DNA of 63,627 bases, the filler included, from Octopus bimaculoides (taxonomy: Eukaryota): the NCBI RefSeq assembly GCF_001194135.2. It is 4 parts of 3 records of this genome, joined end to end, with 100 filler letters (N's around TTAATTAATTAA, not from the genome) between each part and the next. Parts side by side here need not be neighbours in the genome. Positions count along the whole stretch, not along the records: positions 57,828 to 63,627 come from NW_026369740.1; 3 more parts are not named here. One strand, written 5' to 3'. Positions 61,701 to 63,627 of the stretch are shown piece by piece. Below the pieces are notes generated by a model. That model did not search any database. It was not told where the DNA came from and saw only the letters and a list, made by a program, of their open reading frames with translations. Numbering within the stretch: the first letter of the stretch is position 1; every line of letters begins with the position of its first letter. A program made the position numbers and the translations under genes.

Positions 61701-62163
61701 GTATATGTATACACACATATAGGTCAACCAGAGGCTNNNNNNNNNNNNNNNNNNNNNNNNNNNNNNNNNNNNNNNNNNNNNNNNNNNNNNNNNNNNNNNN
61801 NNNNNNNNNNNNNNNNNNNNNNNNNNNNNNNNNNNNNNNNNNNNNNNNNNNNNNNNNNNNNNNNNNNNNNNNNNNNNNNNNNNNNNNNNNNNNNNNNNNN
61901 NNNNNNNNNNNNNNNNNNNNNNNNNNNNNNNNNNNNNNNNNNNNNNNNNNNNNNNNNNNNNNNNNNNNNNNNNNNNNNNNNNNNNNNNNNNNNNNNNNNN
62001 NNNNNNNNNNNNNNNNNNNNNNNNNNNNNNNNNNNNNNNNNNNNNNNNNNNNNNNNNNNNNNNNNNNNNNNNNNNNNNNNNNNNNNNNNNNNNNNNNNNN
62101 NNNNNNNNNNNNNNNNNNNNNNNNNNNNNNNNNNNNNNNNNNNNNNNNNNNNNNNNNNNNNNN

Positions 62164-62218
<55 letters not shown>

Positions 62219-62668
62219 CACATCCACAAACATACACATAGTATACACATGTACAAATGCATACATACATGTACACATACACAGACACACATATATGCAG
62301 GCATACAATAGACGCATATTTTTATATACATACATGTACATCCACACAAATACACGAAGTAAAGTCTTACATACATACATATGTATGTATGTATGTATGT
62401 ATGGAAACAGAAAACTGTAAAATTAGATATACATGTGAGTGCGTTCATGTGTATGTGTGTGCGTGTGTGTGTGTGTGAGTGTGTGTGTGTGTGAAAGCGT
62501 ATGTATTTATATATACACACACACATAACCTTATATATTTGCACGTATACATTCACTTGCAAAGAAGTATAAATATATGCCTGTTTCTATGTGTTTATGG
62601 CATTGGAACGTGCAAAACACATTTATCCTCACTCGTACCCCATACAGACACACATATTTATACCAACA

Positions 62669-62740
<72 letters not shown>

Positions 62741-63079
62741 TATATATTATACATGTAATATTTGCCATATTCACTTCAGACATCTAAAGTACATAAGTAG
62801 GGAAATGTGTGTGTGTATGTATGTGTAAATATGTATGTATGCGTATGTGTGTGCGCGTGCGTGCGAGAAAACGTGTCCTTGCACTTAAGGTATGTATATG
62901 TGTATAAAGATTATATATAGACAATTTAGACAAATATTTATGAGTGTGTGCGTAAGATAAAACAGGCAGGAACGTGTGTATGGAGGTGTGTAGGCAGGAC
63001 AGGCAGGACAGGCAGACAGACAGACAAGTGATATGAAGCTAGAGAAACCAAAGATGCAATCAACAGGTGCTACCTTATC

Positions 63080-63375
63080 TTCCACACACCACCACCATTA
63101 CACTAATACTACAACCAAGGCATTACAAACTACACCAACACTACTCCCAAGACACTACCACTACACTTCAGCGACTGCAACACCGCCATACGATCTGTAT
63201 ATCACCATTACTGCTACACCACCACCACCACCACCACCACAATCACACCGTCACCACTACCACTACAACATAACACTACTACATCCCCCACCACCGACGC
63301 CTCTACCCACCACTAACACCACTACCCACCACCACCACCAACACCACCACCATTGTCAACAACACTACTACATCA
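63080..63375. repeat. Degenerate (CAC)/(TAC) trinucleotide tract
   Basis: Visible by eye; gives poly-T/H/P pseudo-ORFs. Confidence 0.9.
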
Positions 63376-63593
63376 TGGTGTTTGTAAACAGATCTATCAA
63401 TAAGTACAAGTGATCAGCTTAAGTAAGATATTACACCTGTTGTACCCGGGGTGGTGTAGTTAAGGAGTTAGCGAGATCAGATGAATGACATGTCATAAAA
63501 TACAGACATATATACATACATACAGATTACACGTTACATATACACACACATGAATTATACGTAGGTGTGCTTGTACGCATAAAACATATATAC

Positions 63594-63626
<33 letters not shown>

Positions 63627-63627
63627 T

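Overview
This is a eukaryotic, AT-rich, gap-riddled draft-assembly window made almost entirely of repeats. The SINE families and extreme microsatellite load look like an Octopus genome (my recollection, not a database result). No host protein-coding gene can be called confidently: nearly all ORFs in the track are translations of microsatellites or N-gaps. The window holds several tRNA-headed SINE families plus an (ATG)n-tailed SINE, decayed LINEs (Dong/R4, RTE, HERO-like, I/Jockey-like RT, Penelope GIY-YIG), mariner relics and MITEs, fold-back hairpins, and three artificial six-frame-stop linkers. The most interesting signal is a set of hammerhead ribozyme (HHR) motifs in at least four unrelated repeats. 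One, at 48893-48952 (minus), has all core nucleotides and three stems but with its strands in a non-circularly permuted, pseudoknotted order. It heads a 735-nt unit that ends in a second copy of the cleavage strand, an arrangement resembling a retrozyme or Penelope pLTR. All structure calls were made by eye and need folding, covariance and in vitro tests.
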